A stretch of 64,000 nucleotides of DNA, from positions 7,010-71,009 of the forward strand of contig JACZYD010000002.1 in the NCBI GenBank assembly GCA_022571255.1, in the 5' to 3' direction. A program made the position numbers and the translations under genes. The notes beneath the pieces are model-generated. The model did no database searches and had not been told where the DNA came from. It saw only the letters and a program-made list of their open reading frames with translations. Shown here one piece after another: positions 36,821 through 46,127 of this stretch (its first letter is position 1; the number at the start of each line of letters is the position of its first letter). The stretch is from Bacteroidota bacterium. GTDB taxonomy: Bacteria; Bacteroidota; Rhodothermia; Rhodothermales; UBA10348.

Positions 36821-39244
36821 ATGACTGCGATTTTTCCGGTGTCGATTTTAATGACCGGAATTTCACTGACTGCATGCAGTCAAGTGTCTTCAGATTACCA
36901 GAACGGTGGTGACTCAGAGACCGCCGCTCCGGAATACGTCGGTCTGACGACCTGTGCCTCCTGCCATCAGGCCGAAATGGACGCCTGGACAGGATCACAT
37001 CACGACCTCGCCATGCAGGCGGTTTCCGAAAGTACGGTACTGGGTAATTTCAATACATCGACATTTGTTTACAATCAGGTCCTGACTACGTTTTTCAGAA
37101 AGGACGGGGATTATTATGTAAACACCGATGGTCCCGACGGCAAATTGAACGATTACAAGGTCACCTACGTATTTGGCGTCGAGCCACTGCAGCAGTACCT
37201 GATTGCGTTTCCCGGCGGGCGGCTGCAGGCCCTGGGCATTGCCTGGGATACCCGGGCCGAGAGCGACGGCGGACAGCGGTGGTTCCACCTGTATGCGGAC
37301 GAGGTGGTCAATGCCGACAGTCCTCTGCACTGGACGGGCCCGAACCAGAACTGGAATTACATGTGCGCAGATTGCCATTCCACGAACCTGCAGAAGAATT
37401 ATGACGTGGAAAATAACAGGTATCAGACAGACTGGAGCGAAGTAAATGTCTCGTGCGAGGCCTGCCACGGCCCCGCTTCCAATCATGTCGATTGGGCTCT
37501 GTCGAACGAACGTGCCAACGAGGGTACCAACGCACGTACGAACAAACGTGCCAACGAGGGTACGGGCATGAATTCCGATGGAACAGGCCGTGAAATCACT
37601 GTCGGACAAACGAACGGAACAGCTGGTGGGCTCTCGAACGGACTGGTCGTGCAACTGCCGAAAGCCGGCGCCGGCTCCGTGATCATGAATACCGAAACTG
37701 GAATTGCCAGGCTCGAAGGGCGGACCAAATCCCATGTCTTACTGAACACGTGTGCTCCATGCCACTCGCGCCGGAGTCGTATTGCAAAGGATTTCCTCCC
37801 GGGACGTCCATTGATGTCTTCACACCGGCCATCGCTTCTGCGCGAAGATCTGTATTTCGCAGACGGCCAGGTTCGGGACGAGGTTTACGTATACGGCTCG
37901 TTTGTTCAGAGTAAGATGTATTCCGCCGGAGTGGTGTGCTCGGATTGCCACGATTCGCACAGCCTCAAGCTCCGGGCGCAGGGAAACGCCCTGTGCGCCT
38001 CCTGTCATGCACCAGACAAATTTGACTCGTCAACGCATACAAAACACAAAGCCGGAACGGACGCCGCGCAGTGCGTGACGTGTCATATGCCGGAAAGGAC
38101 ATTCATGGTCGTTGATCCCCGGCGCGATCACAGCTTTACCGTTCCCAGACCTGATCTGGCCCGACGAATCTTTGCTCCGGACGTTTGTACTTCCTGCCAC
38201 ACCAACCAGACAGCGACCTGGGCTTCGGACAGGATAGCTGAATTTTACGGTACTGACAGGCGCACGTCGATGCACTTCGGCGAGGCATTATCTCTTGCCC
38301 GCCAACAGGCGCCTGGAGCAGCGGAAATGCTGGTCAGGGTTGCGAATGACCCCCTGTATCCTGCTATCGCCCGTGGCACTGCGCTTTCGCTGATGAGAGG
38401 GCTTTCTTCGCGGGAAAGCCCGGATGCCATTTCACGCGCGCTTTCGGACGATGATCCTCTTGTCCGATTCGGGGCCGTAACGGCGACCGAATATTTCTCC
38501 GATCGGGATCGTTTGTTTCTCCTGTACCCGCTGTTGTCGGACTCGATTCTTGTCGTGAGAACTGAGGCTGCACGGGTGCTGGCATCCGTTCGTGCCGAAT
38601 TTACATCCGCGGTGCAGCGAAAGGCCATCGAACGCGGCGCTGAAGAATATATCACCGCCGAGAGAGTGCAGGAGGAGCGACCCGAAGCGTGGATGAATGT
38701 CGCGCTGATCCAGTCCGCACTTCGCCGATTTACCGATGCCGAAAACTCCTATCGTCGTGCGCTCAATTTAAATCCGAAAGGGAGCGCCGCCTACGTCAAC
38801 CTGGCAGACCTTTATCGTTTGAGGATGCTTGAGCCCGAGAGTGAACAGATCCTGCGCGACGGACTTGCCCGAATACCCGGCGACGCTGCCATCAATCATG
38901 CCCTCGGACTTTCTCTGGTACGCCAGCAGCGATCGCGTGAAGCACTGCCACTTTTAAAAACAGCGGCCGACAACGCACCCGAGAATCCGCGCTTCATCTA
39001 CGTCTATGCAATCGCGGCTAATTCAACGGGGGCGAGCGAGGAGGCCTTGGCTGCGCTCACAACAGGGATTACATCTCATCCGAATGATCTCGATATTTTG
39101 ATGTCTCTCGCCACAATAAACCGCGACATCAGGGAATACGAAACCGCGTTACTTTACGCCCGCAGGCTTCAACTGCTCATCCCCGGGGATCCGAATGTGG
39201 GCAGCCTGGTCTTGGAGCTGCAAGTGGCAAGACGTCAGAATTAG
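36821..39244 (+). CDS. octaheme c-type cytochrome fused to TPR repeats, lipoprotein
   Basis: The ATG at 36821 gives MTAIFPVSILMTGISLTAC (lipobox). There are eight CXXCH motifs: CASCH, CADCH, CEACH, CAPCH, CSDCH, CASCH, CVTCH and CTSCH. The C-terminal third is TPR-like. An in-frame 36-bp repeat at 37505-37565 encodes NERANEGTNARTNKRANEGT. Confidence 0.85.
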   Translation: MTAIFPVSILMTGISLTACSQVSSDYQNGGDSETAAPEYVGLTTCASCHQAEMDAWTGSHHDLAMQAVSESTVLGNFNTSTFVYNQVLTTFFRKDGDYYVNTDGPDGKLNDYKVTYVFGVEPLQQYLIAFPGGRLQALGIAWDTRAESDGGQRWFHLYADEVVNADSPLHWTGPNQNWNYMCADCHSTNLQKNYDVENNRYQTDWSEVNVSCEACHGPASNHVDWALSNERANEGTNARTNKRANEGTGMNSDGTGREITVGQTNGTAGGLSNGLVVQLPKAGAGSVIMNTETGIARLEGRTKSHVLLNTCAPCHSRRSRIAKDFLPGRPLMSSHRPSLLREDLYFADGQVRDEVYVYGSFVQSKMYSAGVVCSDCHDSHSLKLRAQGNALCASCHAPDKFDSSTHTKHKAGTDAAQCVTCHMPERTFMVVDPRRDHSFTVPRPDLARRIFAPDVCTSCHTNQTATWASDRIAEFYGTDRRTSMHFGEALSLARQQAPGAAEMLVRVANDPLYPAIARGTALSLMRGLSSRESPDAISRALSDDDPLVRFGAVTATEYFSDRDRLFLLYPLLSDSILVVRTEAARVLASVRAEFTSAVQRKAIERGAEEYITAERVQEERPEAWMNVALIQSALRRFTDAENSYRRALNLNPKGSAAYVNLADLYRLRMLEPESEQILRDGLARIPGDAAINHALGLSLVRQQRSREALPLLKTAADNAPENPRFIYVYAIAANSTGASEEALAALTTGITSHPNDLDILMSLATINRDIREYETALLYARRLQLLIPGDPNVGSLVLELQVARRQN

Positions 39245-39473
39245 CCGTCCCGGTACGAGGATCCATCGAGTCCGACGATTTCGCTTCTGCCGAAACAGCG
39301 TCCGACGAAACAGCTTCAGACGAATTCGTTTCCATGGAGAACCGCACCCAGATCGGCTTGTGATCACTCGCCTGAGCCGTGCTGATCTGTCCTGCGCTTG
39401 TAACCGGCATTCCTCGCGCAAATATGTGGTCACTCTGTACATCGATGAATGCAAACCTGGCCATCGCACCCAC
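39177..39473 (-). pseudogene. remnant of the C-terminus of an endonuclease/exonuclease/phosphatase (EEP) family gene
   Basis: A 98-aa ORF begins FAFIDVQSDHIFARGMPVTSAGQISTAQASDHKPIWVRF, matching the EEP C-terminal pattern (DHIF...SDHxPVxxxF). No upstream catalytic domain is present. The tail is low-complexity and overlaps the end of the cytochrome gene. Confidence 0.4.
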
Positions 39474-39493
39474 CTGCTCGGGCGATGTCGGGA

Positions 39494-40573
39494 TTATTCA
39501 GCAGGGCGGGAAAGCGCCGTTGGTTTTGAACTCATCAACACGCATAGAAAACGAAGAGCACTTATGTTTTCAAAAATAATCTTCAATAATACGGTGAGCG
39601 GGACGGCCAGAAACATCCCGACTATTCCCCACATCCAGCTCCACGTAACGAGTGCAAAAAGTATGGTCACCGGACTTATGCCAATCCGATCTCCGACAAG
39701 TTTCGGATCCAGAATATTTCCGATCACGAATTGAATAGCGATCAGCGCCACGGCCAACCAGAAAACCTGAATCAGACTGTCGAGCATAAAAACCGCCAGT
39801 GACAACGGAAGTAACGTGGCAATGATCGATCCTATGTTCGGGATGAAATTCAGCACGAAGATCAATACACCCCATACCAGCACGAATTCTATTCCGAACA
39901 AAACCAGGACGATCATTGACAACAGAGCTGTCAACAAACTGAGAAGCGATTTCGCAACGATATACTGCTGAACCTGGGCATTTACATCTTCCATGACCGA
40001 CGCGATCTTTTGCGCCGTCTTTTTCTCAAATGCCAAAGGAATTTTTGCCTGAAGTGAATTCCGACCGGCGAGCATAAACGAAAGAATCAGCAATACCAAT
40101 AAAGTCTCTGATGCGAGTCCGCCTATAGAGCTAACAAGCGTCGCGATTATGCTGGGGATGGATATACTGCCGAGTGCCGTAAACCCCAGGGACGACGGAT
40201 CAGATAACCCCTCTGAACCAGGAATCATACTGATAATACTGTCAGACAATTCCCGGATACGCGGTTCGTATCGAGGGAAATTTTCGGCAAACTCCTGAAT
40301 GCTGGCCCCGATGATGTGTCCAAGCACGGCCATCACAGCCGCAACAAATACGAGAGACAAAAAACCAGCAAATCCGCTTGAAATCCCTCGCCGTTCGAGA
40401 AACGAGATCACCGGATTGAGCATGTACAGAAGAAATATCGCCATGACAAACGGCACGAAAATGCTTCTTGCCGTGATCAAAAGCGCCCCGACACCCAGAA
40501 TACACAGGATTCCGAGCATCGCGACCGCCAGACGCTGGAAATATTCTCTTGACTCTTCAGGGGTTAAATCCAT
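39494..40573 (-). CDS. AI-2E family transporter (PerM/UPF0118)
   Basis: 359 aa with about 8 TM segments. Family-typical stretches are FVPFVMAIFLLYMLNP and VLNFIPNIGSIIATLLP. Confidence 0.85.
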   Translation of the reverse strand: MDLTPEESREYFQRLAVAMLGILCILGVGALLITARSIFVPFVMAIFLLYMLNPVISFLERRGISSGFAGFLSLVFVAAVMAVLGHIIGASIQEFAENFPRYEPRIRELSDSIISMIPGSEGLSDPSSLGFTALGSISIPSIIATLVSSIGGLASETLLVLLILSFMLAGRNSLQAKIPLAFEKKTAQKIASVMEDVNAQVQQYIVAKSLLSLLTALLSMIVLVLFGIEFVLVWGVLIFVLNFIPNIGSIIATLLPLSLAVFMLDSLIQVFWLAVALIAIQFVIGNILDPKLVGDRIGISPVTILFALVTWSWMWGIVGMFLAVPLTVLLKIIFENISALRFLCVLMSSKPTALSRPAE

Positions 40574-40782
40574 ACGACTATGCCGATTTAAAACACCGTG
40601 CGCTGTCCTCGTGACGGCTTCCGCCCGTTTTACGCCTGTATCCTGAATATAGATACCGCCACTTGGAAGGACCGGGGAAAGAAAACCATCCTGAAAAAAT
40701 GTGTGATCACTGCGCCGAGGCCTGTTCTTCCTGCTTTACCCAAGTGGCACTGCCGATCGCGATAAAAAATGTATCTTCTTTG

Positions 40783-40869
40783 TGATACATGATGGTTTGT
40801 GGTACATGATGGGTGGTACATGATGGGTGGTACATGATGGGTGGTACATGATGGATTGTGATACATGAC
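40783..40869. repeat. 14-bp tandem array (about 6 copies) rich in CATG
   Basis: The core ggtacatgatgggt occurs three times exactly, flanked by variant copies tgtgatacatgatggtt and ggtacatgatggattgtgatacatga. The array is upstream of the 1241-aa gene. Confidence 0.9.
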
Positions 40870-40903
40870 AGCCCTGATCCACACACGGATATACTGACAA
40901 ATT

Positions 40904-43900
40904 TTGAATAGAAATACAATTCCGTCGAGAGCAGGCCGACCCACGAGAGCAATCAGCATTTTTTGTATCCGTTATTCGGGTCCTTTCTTGTGGACTGTGA
41001 TTTTCTGGTCCTGTTTGCTTCCCTCTGTCTTCGCGCAGACCGTACCGGTAAGGCCGTCCGATGACCATAGTCTTTATCTACTCTATTTAATCGGAAATAC
41101 GGGAACGGGCGCTACCGACCAGCGTGATCGCACGCTGGCTGTTCTGAAGGAAAAACTGGATCGCGCCCGTTCGGAAACGGCCGTGGTGTTTCTGGGGGAC
41201 CAACTCGGACATGGTGGACTCCCTGAGATCAACGCTGCTGATCGAACTGAAAAAGAAAGAGATCTGGATGCTCTCATGAGCGTGGTCAGCGACTTTTCGG
41301 GGCGCATTTTTTTTATTCCGGGAGAGTCGGATTACGGCGTCGGCGACAACAGACTCGATGCTCTGATCCGGCAGGAGACATACATCGAGACCAAGCTCAA
41401 TCGCGGCAACGTTTTTATTCCGGATGCTGGTTTCCCTGGACCGTCTGAGATCAAAATTGCGGATGGTATGCGACTGGTTGCGCTCAACACGTCCTGGCTC
41501 CTCGAAGAAAATCCTTCTCCAGTCGGAAAAAACGACGATTTTGAAATACGTGAAACCGCAGACGTGTATTCCAGGCTTGAGGATATCGTACTGAATCGAC
41601 ACACGGATGATCTTATTGTCGTCGGTCATCATCCGGTCATGTCAAACGGTCGGTACGCGGGGCATTTTGGCCGATCATATTTGATTCCGATCATCGGAAC
41701 GGCGCTTTTCGCCGGTCGCAGACTGTTCCGCAGAGAACAATATTTCGGTGGGGAGCGAAACGAGTGGATGCGAAAGAGACTGTTTCAGATCCTGACCGGC
41801 CATGAAAACATGATTTATGCCTCCGCCCATGATTTCAGCCTACAACGTTTTGAGTCGGAAAGAATGAGTTTCAGCCAGAGTTTTATAGTCAGCGGATCGG
41901 CTGCCCGCTCGGAACATGTCGAGCAGTTTCATGAAGCAAAAGGGTATGATACCATGTTGGCCTCACCCGAACCCGGATTTACAAGCATTCAGTTTTATAC
42001 AGACGGCTCCATCTGGATGGACGCCTGGTCTGCAGCGCCTGGAAAAGAAGGGTTGCGGATTTACGAAGGAGTGATCCGAGAGCCCGAGGTCAACACGGCC
42101 GAACTCGACCCCGATCGAAAACAAACAGCTGAGAATGGAGATGCCACGAGAATCGTTGCTGCAAACCCTGGATACAGGGCCAGCGCTCTGCACAAGTGGT
42201 TCTGGGGATCAAACTGGAGATCGCTCTGGGAAATCCCGGTTGAGCTGAACACGCTTGACCTGTCAAGCGAAAAAGGTGGACTTGTAGCCGTGAAGAGAGG
42301 AGGGGGAATGCAGACCTTGTCTGTGCGCCTTGAGAATCCAGACGAATTACAGTTTGTCGTGCGCAGTGTGATCAAAGACGGAGAGCGTGTCTTGCCTCCA
42401 GCATGGCAGGGTACATTTGTCGGAACCATTATCAACGACATCATGTCTTTTTCGCACCCCTACAGCGTTCTCCCGATTCCGGCCCTGGCCGACGCGGTTG
42501 GAATCTATCACACCAATCCGCGTGTGGTCTGGGTCCCCCCTGATCTGCGCCTGGGAAAATTTTCTGATTTCGTGGGGGGCAGCCTGATGGTCTTTGAAGA
42601 ACGTCCCAATAAAGACATGAGCCATGAAGCAAGTTTCGGAAACTCGGAAGATGTGGTTGGCTGGGCAGAGATGTACAGTGATACCGTGCGTGATAACGAC
42701 GACCGTGTCGATGTTCACTTCATGGCGCGAAACCGTCTTTTTGACATGTGGATTTCTGACTGGGACAGGCACAAAGACCAATGGAGATGGGCTGCATTCA
42801 AAGACCCCGACAGGAACGGAAAACTATACCGCCCGATCCCCAGAGACAGAGACAATGCGTTTATGCGCCTGAACCCTTTCATGTATCCGATTCTGAAACC
42901 ATTCATCAAATTCCAGGATTTCCGTGAGAATTACGGCATCAAGGGTCTGGCAACGAACGGGCGCTGGCAGGATCATCGATTTCTCGGGAAGCTTTCCAGG
43001 GATGAGTGGATCGCGATTGCCGACAGTATGCAGGTTTCTCTGACCGATCAGACCATTGAAGACGCTTTTAACGCATGGCCTGCAGCGATAGTCGAAGCGT
43101 CCGGAGAAGAAATGCTCCGTATTGCCAAGGTGCGTCGGGACAAACTTTCCGATGTTGCCGAACAGTTTTATGCATTGCATGCCCGATCGGTCGATGTCCT
43201 GGGATCCAACAAACACGAGCGATTTGAGGTTACGCGTCTGAACGACGAAGAGACGCTGATCGTTGTTTACCGCATTACAGAAGAGGGTGAGATTCGAAGT
43301 GAGATGTATCGGCGAACGATTAAACACTCAGAAACCAGAGAGGTGAATTTGTACGGCCTGGGAGGGAATGATCACTTTGTGGTGACCGGTCGCGCCGAGC
43401 ACGGTGTCATCATTCACGCTGTAGGAGGGGCTGGTAATGATCATTTTTTTGATGACTCGTACGTCACCGGGCCGCGAAAACTGACCCGGTTTTTTGATTC
43501 CACTCATCCCGGAAACACCTTTTCTCCCGGAAACGAAACACATATCACGCGCTCTGACGACCCGAAACACAATGCGTACACCGGAGAGTACGAGTTTGAA
43601 CAGATTTATCCCGTCCCTCTTTTAGCCTTCGACTCGGAAGACGGATTCACTTTAACACTTCTCGGTCTTCTTCCGAAACAGGGATTCAGACAATCGCCAT
43701 CCGTCCTGCATACCTTCTCCGTCTCGTTTACCACACAAACCCACGCTTTCAGTGGAACATATGAAGCGATTTCTACCGAAGCATTTGACAACTGGGATTC
43801 GGGCGTTCGTATCTCGTACGCAGATGCAGACAACACAATAAACTTTTATGGACTCGGAAACGAAACACCGGAGGACCGAAAGGATCTGTTTACTTCCGGT

Positions 43901-44629
43901 CTCAGTCGGTTTTTTGCCGGGATGCCGTTCCAGTACCAGCACTTTCTGGGTCTGTCTCTTGAGTTCGTACCGGGAGTAGAATCTTCAGAACTCACACAAG
44001 AAAAGTTTGAACTCCTGGAAGACATTTCGCAACCGGGTTTGTCTGCTCCTCAGAAAGGTCGCCAATGGTTTTCGGTTCTGTACAGCACGATCGACTTCAA
44101 ATATGTCGACCAGACAGACAATCCTCTTCACGGTTTTCATTGGGATGTACATTTTGACGGGCATGTTGGATTGACGACGCGGGCAGACAGCTATTTTCGT
44201 GCCGGGTCTTTTCTTTCTTTGTACACGTCTCTTCCAACAAAAAGACAGGTCACCTTTGCAGGACGTGTTGGAGGCGACCATATCTTCGGTACGTTTCCGT
44301 TTTATGAGGCCAGTACGCTCGGTGGCAGAACCAATCTCCGGGGATATCAAAGCTCCAGATTTTCAGGACGTTCGAGCCTTTTTATCAATACGGATTTACG
44401 CGTTGAATTATTCAGGATCAGGCGGGGATTTTTACCAGGGAGAATTGGGATGATAGTTTTCTTTGATGTGGGACGTGTGTGGACGGATGAAGAAAAATCC
44501 TCCATCTGGCATGCAGGATATGGCCTGGGAATCTGGTACAATATCGTCGATGAAATGCTTGTCAGTTTCTCCAGCGGCAAGTCCGATGGACAAAATTATT
44601 TTTCTGGCGGTGTCGGTTTCTTTTTTTAG
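40904..44629 (+). CDS. fusion protein: N-terminal calcineurin-like metallophosphoesterase, long middle region, C-terminal Omp85/surface-antigen beta-barrel
   Basis: MPE motifs LIGNTGTG..., VVFLGDQL and VVGHHPVMSNG. The Omp85-type end reads ASTLGGRTNLRGYQSSRFSGRSSLFINTDLRVELF and terminates ...GGVGFFF. The frame has no ATG; the TTG at 40904 is assumed, so the start is uncertain. Signal region FLWTVIFWSCLLPSVFAQ. Confidence 0.8.
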   Translation: MNRNTIPSRAGRPTRAISIFCIRYSGPFLWTVIFWSCLLPSVFAQTVPVRPSDDHSLYLLYLIGNTGTGATDQRDRTLAVLKEKLDRARSETAVVFLGDQLGHGGLPEINAADRTEKERDLDALMSVVSDFSGRIFFIPGESDYGVGDNRLDALIRQETYIETKLNRGNVFIPDAGFPGPSEIKIADGMRLVALNTSWLLEENPSPVGKNDDFEIRETADVYSRLEDIVLNRHTDDLIVVGHHPVMSNGRYAGHFGRSYLIPIIGTALFAGRRLFRREQYFGGERNEWMRKRLFQILTGHENMIYASAHDFSLQRFESERMSFSQSFIVSGSAARSEHVEQFHEAKGYDTMLASPEPGFTSIQFYTDGSIWMDAWSAAPGKEGLRIYEGVIREPEVNTAELDPDRKQTAENGDATRIVAANPGYRASALHKWFWGSNWRSLWEIPVELNTLDLSSEKGGLVAVKRGGGMQTLSVRLENPDELQFVVRSVIKDGERVLPPAWQGTFVGTIINDIMSFSHPYSVLPIPALADAVGIYHTNPRVVWVPPDLRLGKFSDFVGGSLMVFEERPNKDMSHEASFGNSEDVVGWAEMYSDTVRDNDDRVDVHFMARNRLFDMWISDWDRHKDQWRWAAFKDPDRNGKLYRPIPRDRDNAFMRLNPFMYPILKPFIKFQDFRENYGIKGLATNGRWQDHRFLGKLSRDEWIAIADSMQVSLTDQTIEDAFNAWPAAIVEASGEEMLRIAKVRRDKLSDVAEQFYALHARSVDVLGSNKHERFEVTRLNDEETLIVVYRITEEGEIRSEMYRRTIKHSETREVNLYGLGGNDHFVVTGRAEHGVIIHAVGGAGNDHFFDDSYVTGPRKLTRFFDSTHPGNTFSPGNETHITRSDDPKHNAYTGEYEFEQIYPVPLLAFDSEDGFTLTLLGLLPKQGFRQSPSVLHTFSVSFTTQTHAFSGTYEAISTEAFDNWDSGVRISYADADNTINFYGLGNETPEDRKDLFTSGLSRFFAGMPFQYQHFLGLSLEFVPGVESSELTQEKFELLEDISQPGLSAPQKGRQWFSVLYSTIDFKYVDQTDNPLHGFHWDVHFDGHVGLTTRADSYFRAGSFLSLYTSLPTKRQVTFAGRVGGDHIFGTFPFYEASTLGGRTNLRGYQSSRFSGRSSLFINTDLRVELFRIRRGFLPGRIGMIVFFDVGRVWTDEEKSSIWHAGYGLGIWYNIVDEMLVSFSSGKSDGQNYFSGGVGFFF

Positions 44630-44650
44630 AACAAGTCTCTTTACGCTTTC

Positions 44651-45457
44651 GTGAATTTATTTTTTTGCACGTCCTGTAGATCGGTCTACCTCGTACTTAT
44701 TTCGATTTTTACTCTGCAGTCGACAGCGATTGACACAGCGGCCCAGGAGTTTGTTCGAAACGATTCTGATCGATTCAAAGACTGGGCCTGGCAGGACGCT
44801 GAGGCCTGGATCAAAGGCTGGGATGGAGAACGCGTAGCGTATGTCGCGGGTGCGAGTGTCGTTTTTCTGGGTCTCACGTTTGGCGATCAAGCCGTCTCCG
44901 ATCAGGCTCTTGACTGGGGATCGGGATCCTTCGGTAATTTTCTTGACATTACAAATGAAATCGGAGGACTGTATGGATTTCTGATCCCCACCAGCGTTTT
45001 TGCATTCTCGTTCGCCACTGACGACACAAAATTTCAGGATGCTGCATTCACATCGCTGCAGGCCTACGTGTATTCGAATGTATTGGTGTTTATGACAAAG
45101 TTTGCAATAGGCCGCTCCCGTCCCGATACCGGGCAAGGGCCCCATGACTTTAATCCATTCTCTGGGGCTACCTCGTTTCCGTCCGGCCACACGTCGAGCG
45201 TTTTCGCCATAATCATGCCGTGGGTTTTCTATTATCCAGGCCCGGTCACGTATGCCCTGGTTGCTGTAGCCTCCGGAACGGCAATTGCCCGAATCCAGCG
45301 CCAGAGACACTGGTTGACTGATGTACTGGCCGGCGCTGCCATCAGCACCGCGATGTCACACTTTCTTTACAAGCGACATCGAAACACGCAGGATCCGACA
45401 TTGGGAATAAACCCGATCGGAACCGGACTTTCCATGCGATTCAGTATCGGACTTTAG
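44651..45457 (+). CDS. PAP2 superfamily phosphatase, membrane-bound
   Basis: Three PAP2 motifs: KFAIGRSRPD, PSGHTS and RIQRQRHWLTDV. GTG start 21 nt after the preceding gene. Confidence 0.85.
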   Translation: MNLFFCTSCRSVYLVLISIFTLQSTAIDTAAQEFVRNDSDRFKDWAWQDAEAWIKGWDGERVAYVAGASVVFLGLTFGDQAVSDQALDWGSGSFGNFLDITNEIGGLYGFLIPTSVFAFSFATDDTKFQDAAFTSLQAYVYSNVLVFMTKFAIGRSRPDTGQGPHDFNPFSGATSFPSGHTSSVFAIIMPWVFYYPGPVTYALVAVASGTAIARIQRQRHWLTDVLAGAAISTAMSHFLYKRHRNTQDPTLGINPIGTGLSMRFSIGL

Positions 45458-45502
45458 CGTTTCGGCGCCCGGCTTCAACGCGCCGGCGATCGTGGCATGG
45501 CT

Positions 45503-46012
45503 TCAGCGCGCCGGAAACTTCTCCAGCAATTTGCTGACCACATTTCGAATATTCTCTTCGGCCTTCGGATTGTTCTTTTCCACGGCATCCGTCGCAGTGC
45601 CACGCCAGATGAGTTCATTGGTCGCGACATCGATGATATCAATGGTGAAGGTGCCCCGGCGATCCACTTCAATCGACAGCGATGCACCACTTCCACGGGC
45701 CGTATAAGGCAGTGGATCGTAGTCCGCTACCAGTTCTTCGACGGAAAGAATATATGTAACATGAAGGTCTGCACCTTCGTCGTCCAGTAGATAACCTCTC
45801 TCAACAAACCCGGACGTGAGCTCGCGATCAATAGCCCGGCCCACCGCAGCCGGTCGGGAAATCGCCCCGCGGAGCTGGTCATTCATCCTGAGTAATGCGA
45901 ATGACTTGTATTCTGAATAATCTCTTGATTCGTCGTAATCGAAAGATGTTTTGAGTGAGCTACAGCCCAACATGAGGGCGCATAAAATCAGGAACAGAAA
46001 AATTCGCTTCAT
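45503..46012 (-). CDS. DUF4136 lipoprotein
   Basis: Lipobox LMLGCSS and GTFTIDIIDVATNELIWRGTA, typical of DUF4136. Confidence 0.7.
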   Translation of the reverse strand: MKRIFLFLILCALMLGCSSLKTSFDYDESRDYSEYKSFALLRMNDQLRGAISRPAAVGRAIDRELTSGFVERGYLLDDEGADLHVTYILSVEELVADYDPLPYTARGSGASLSIEVDRRGTFTIDIIDVATNELIWRGTATDAVEKNNPKAEENIRNVVSKLLEKFPAR

Positions 46013-46055
46013 TCGATATATGGATTACTGTCTCTTTTTCGGACAGAATAATATA

Positions 46056-46089
46056 CAGGCCCCGAAATTCGATTGAACGTCGGGGCCTG
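46056..46089 (-). terminator. probable intrinsic terminator after the VOC gene
   Basis: CAGGCCCCGA (46056-46065) pairs with TCGGGGCCTG (46080-46089), a 10-bp GC-rich stem. Only a moderately T-rich tract follows on the minus strand. Confidence 0.5.
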
Positions 46090-46127
46090 AAATAATTTAA
46101 AGCCGCATAAAATCAAAACGAGTCTCG

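Noticed and set aside
40744-40760. TGGCAC-containing strings as additional sigma-54 promoters: gTGGCACtgccgatcgc at 40744, tTGGCACctaccatca at 9792 and TGGCGCgattgattaTTGC at 47171.
   Set aside because: The GG-to-GC spacing is wrong or the -12 TTGC element is absent. Only 21250-21265 fits TGGCAC-N5-TTGC.
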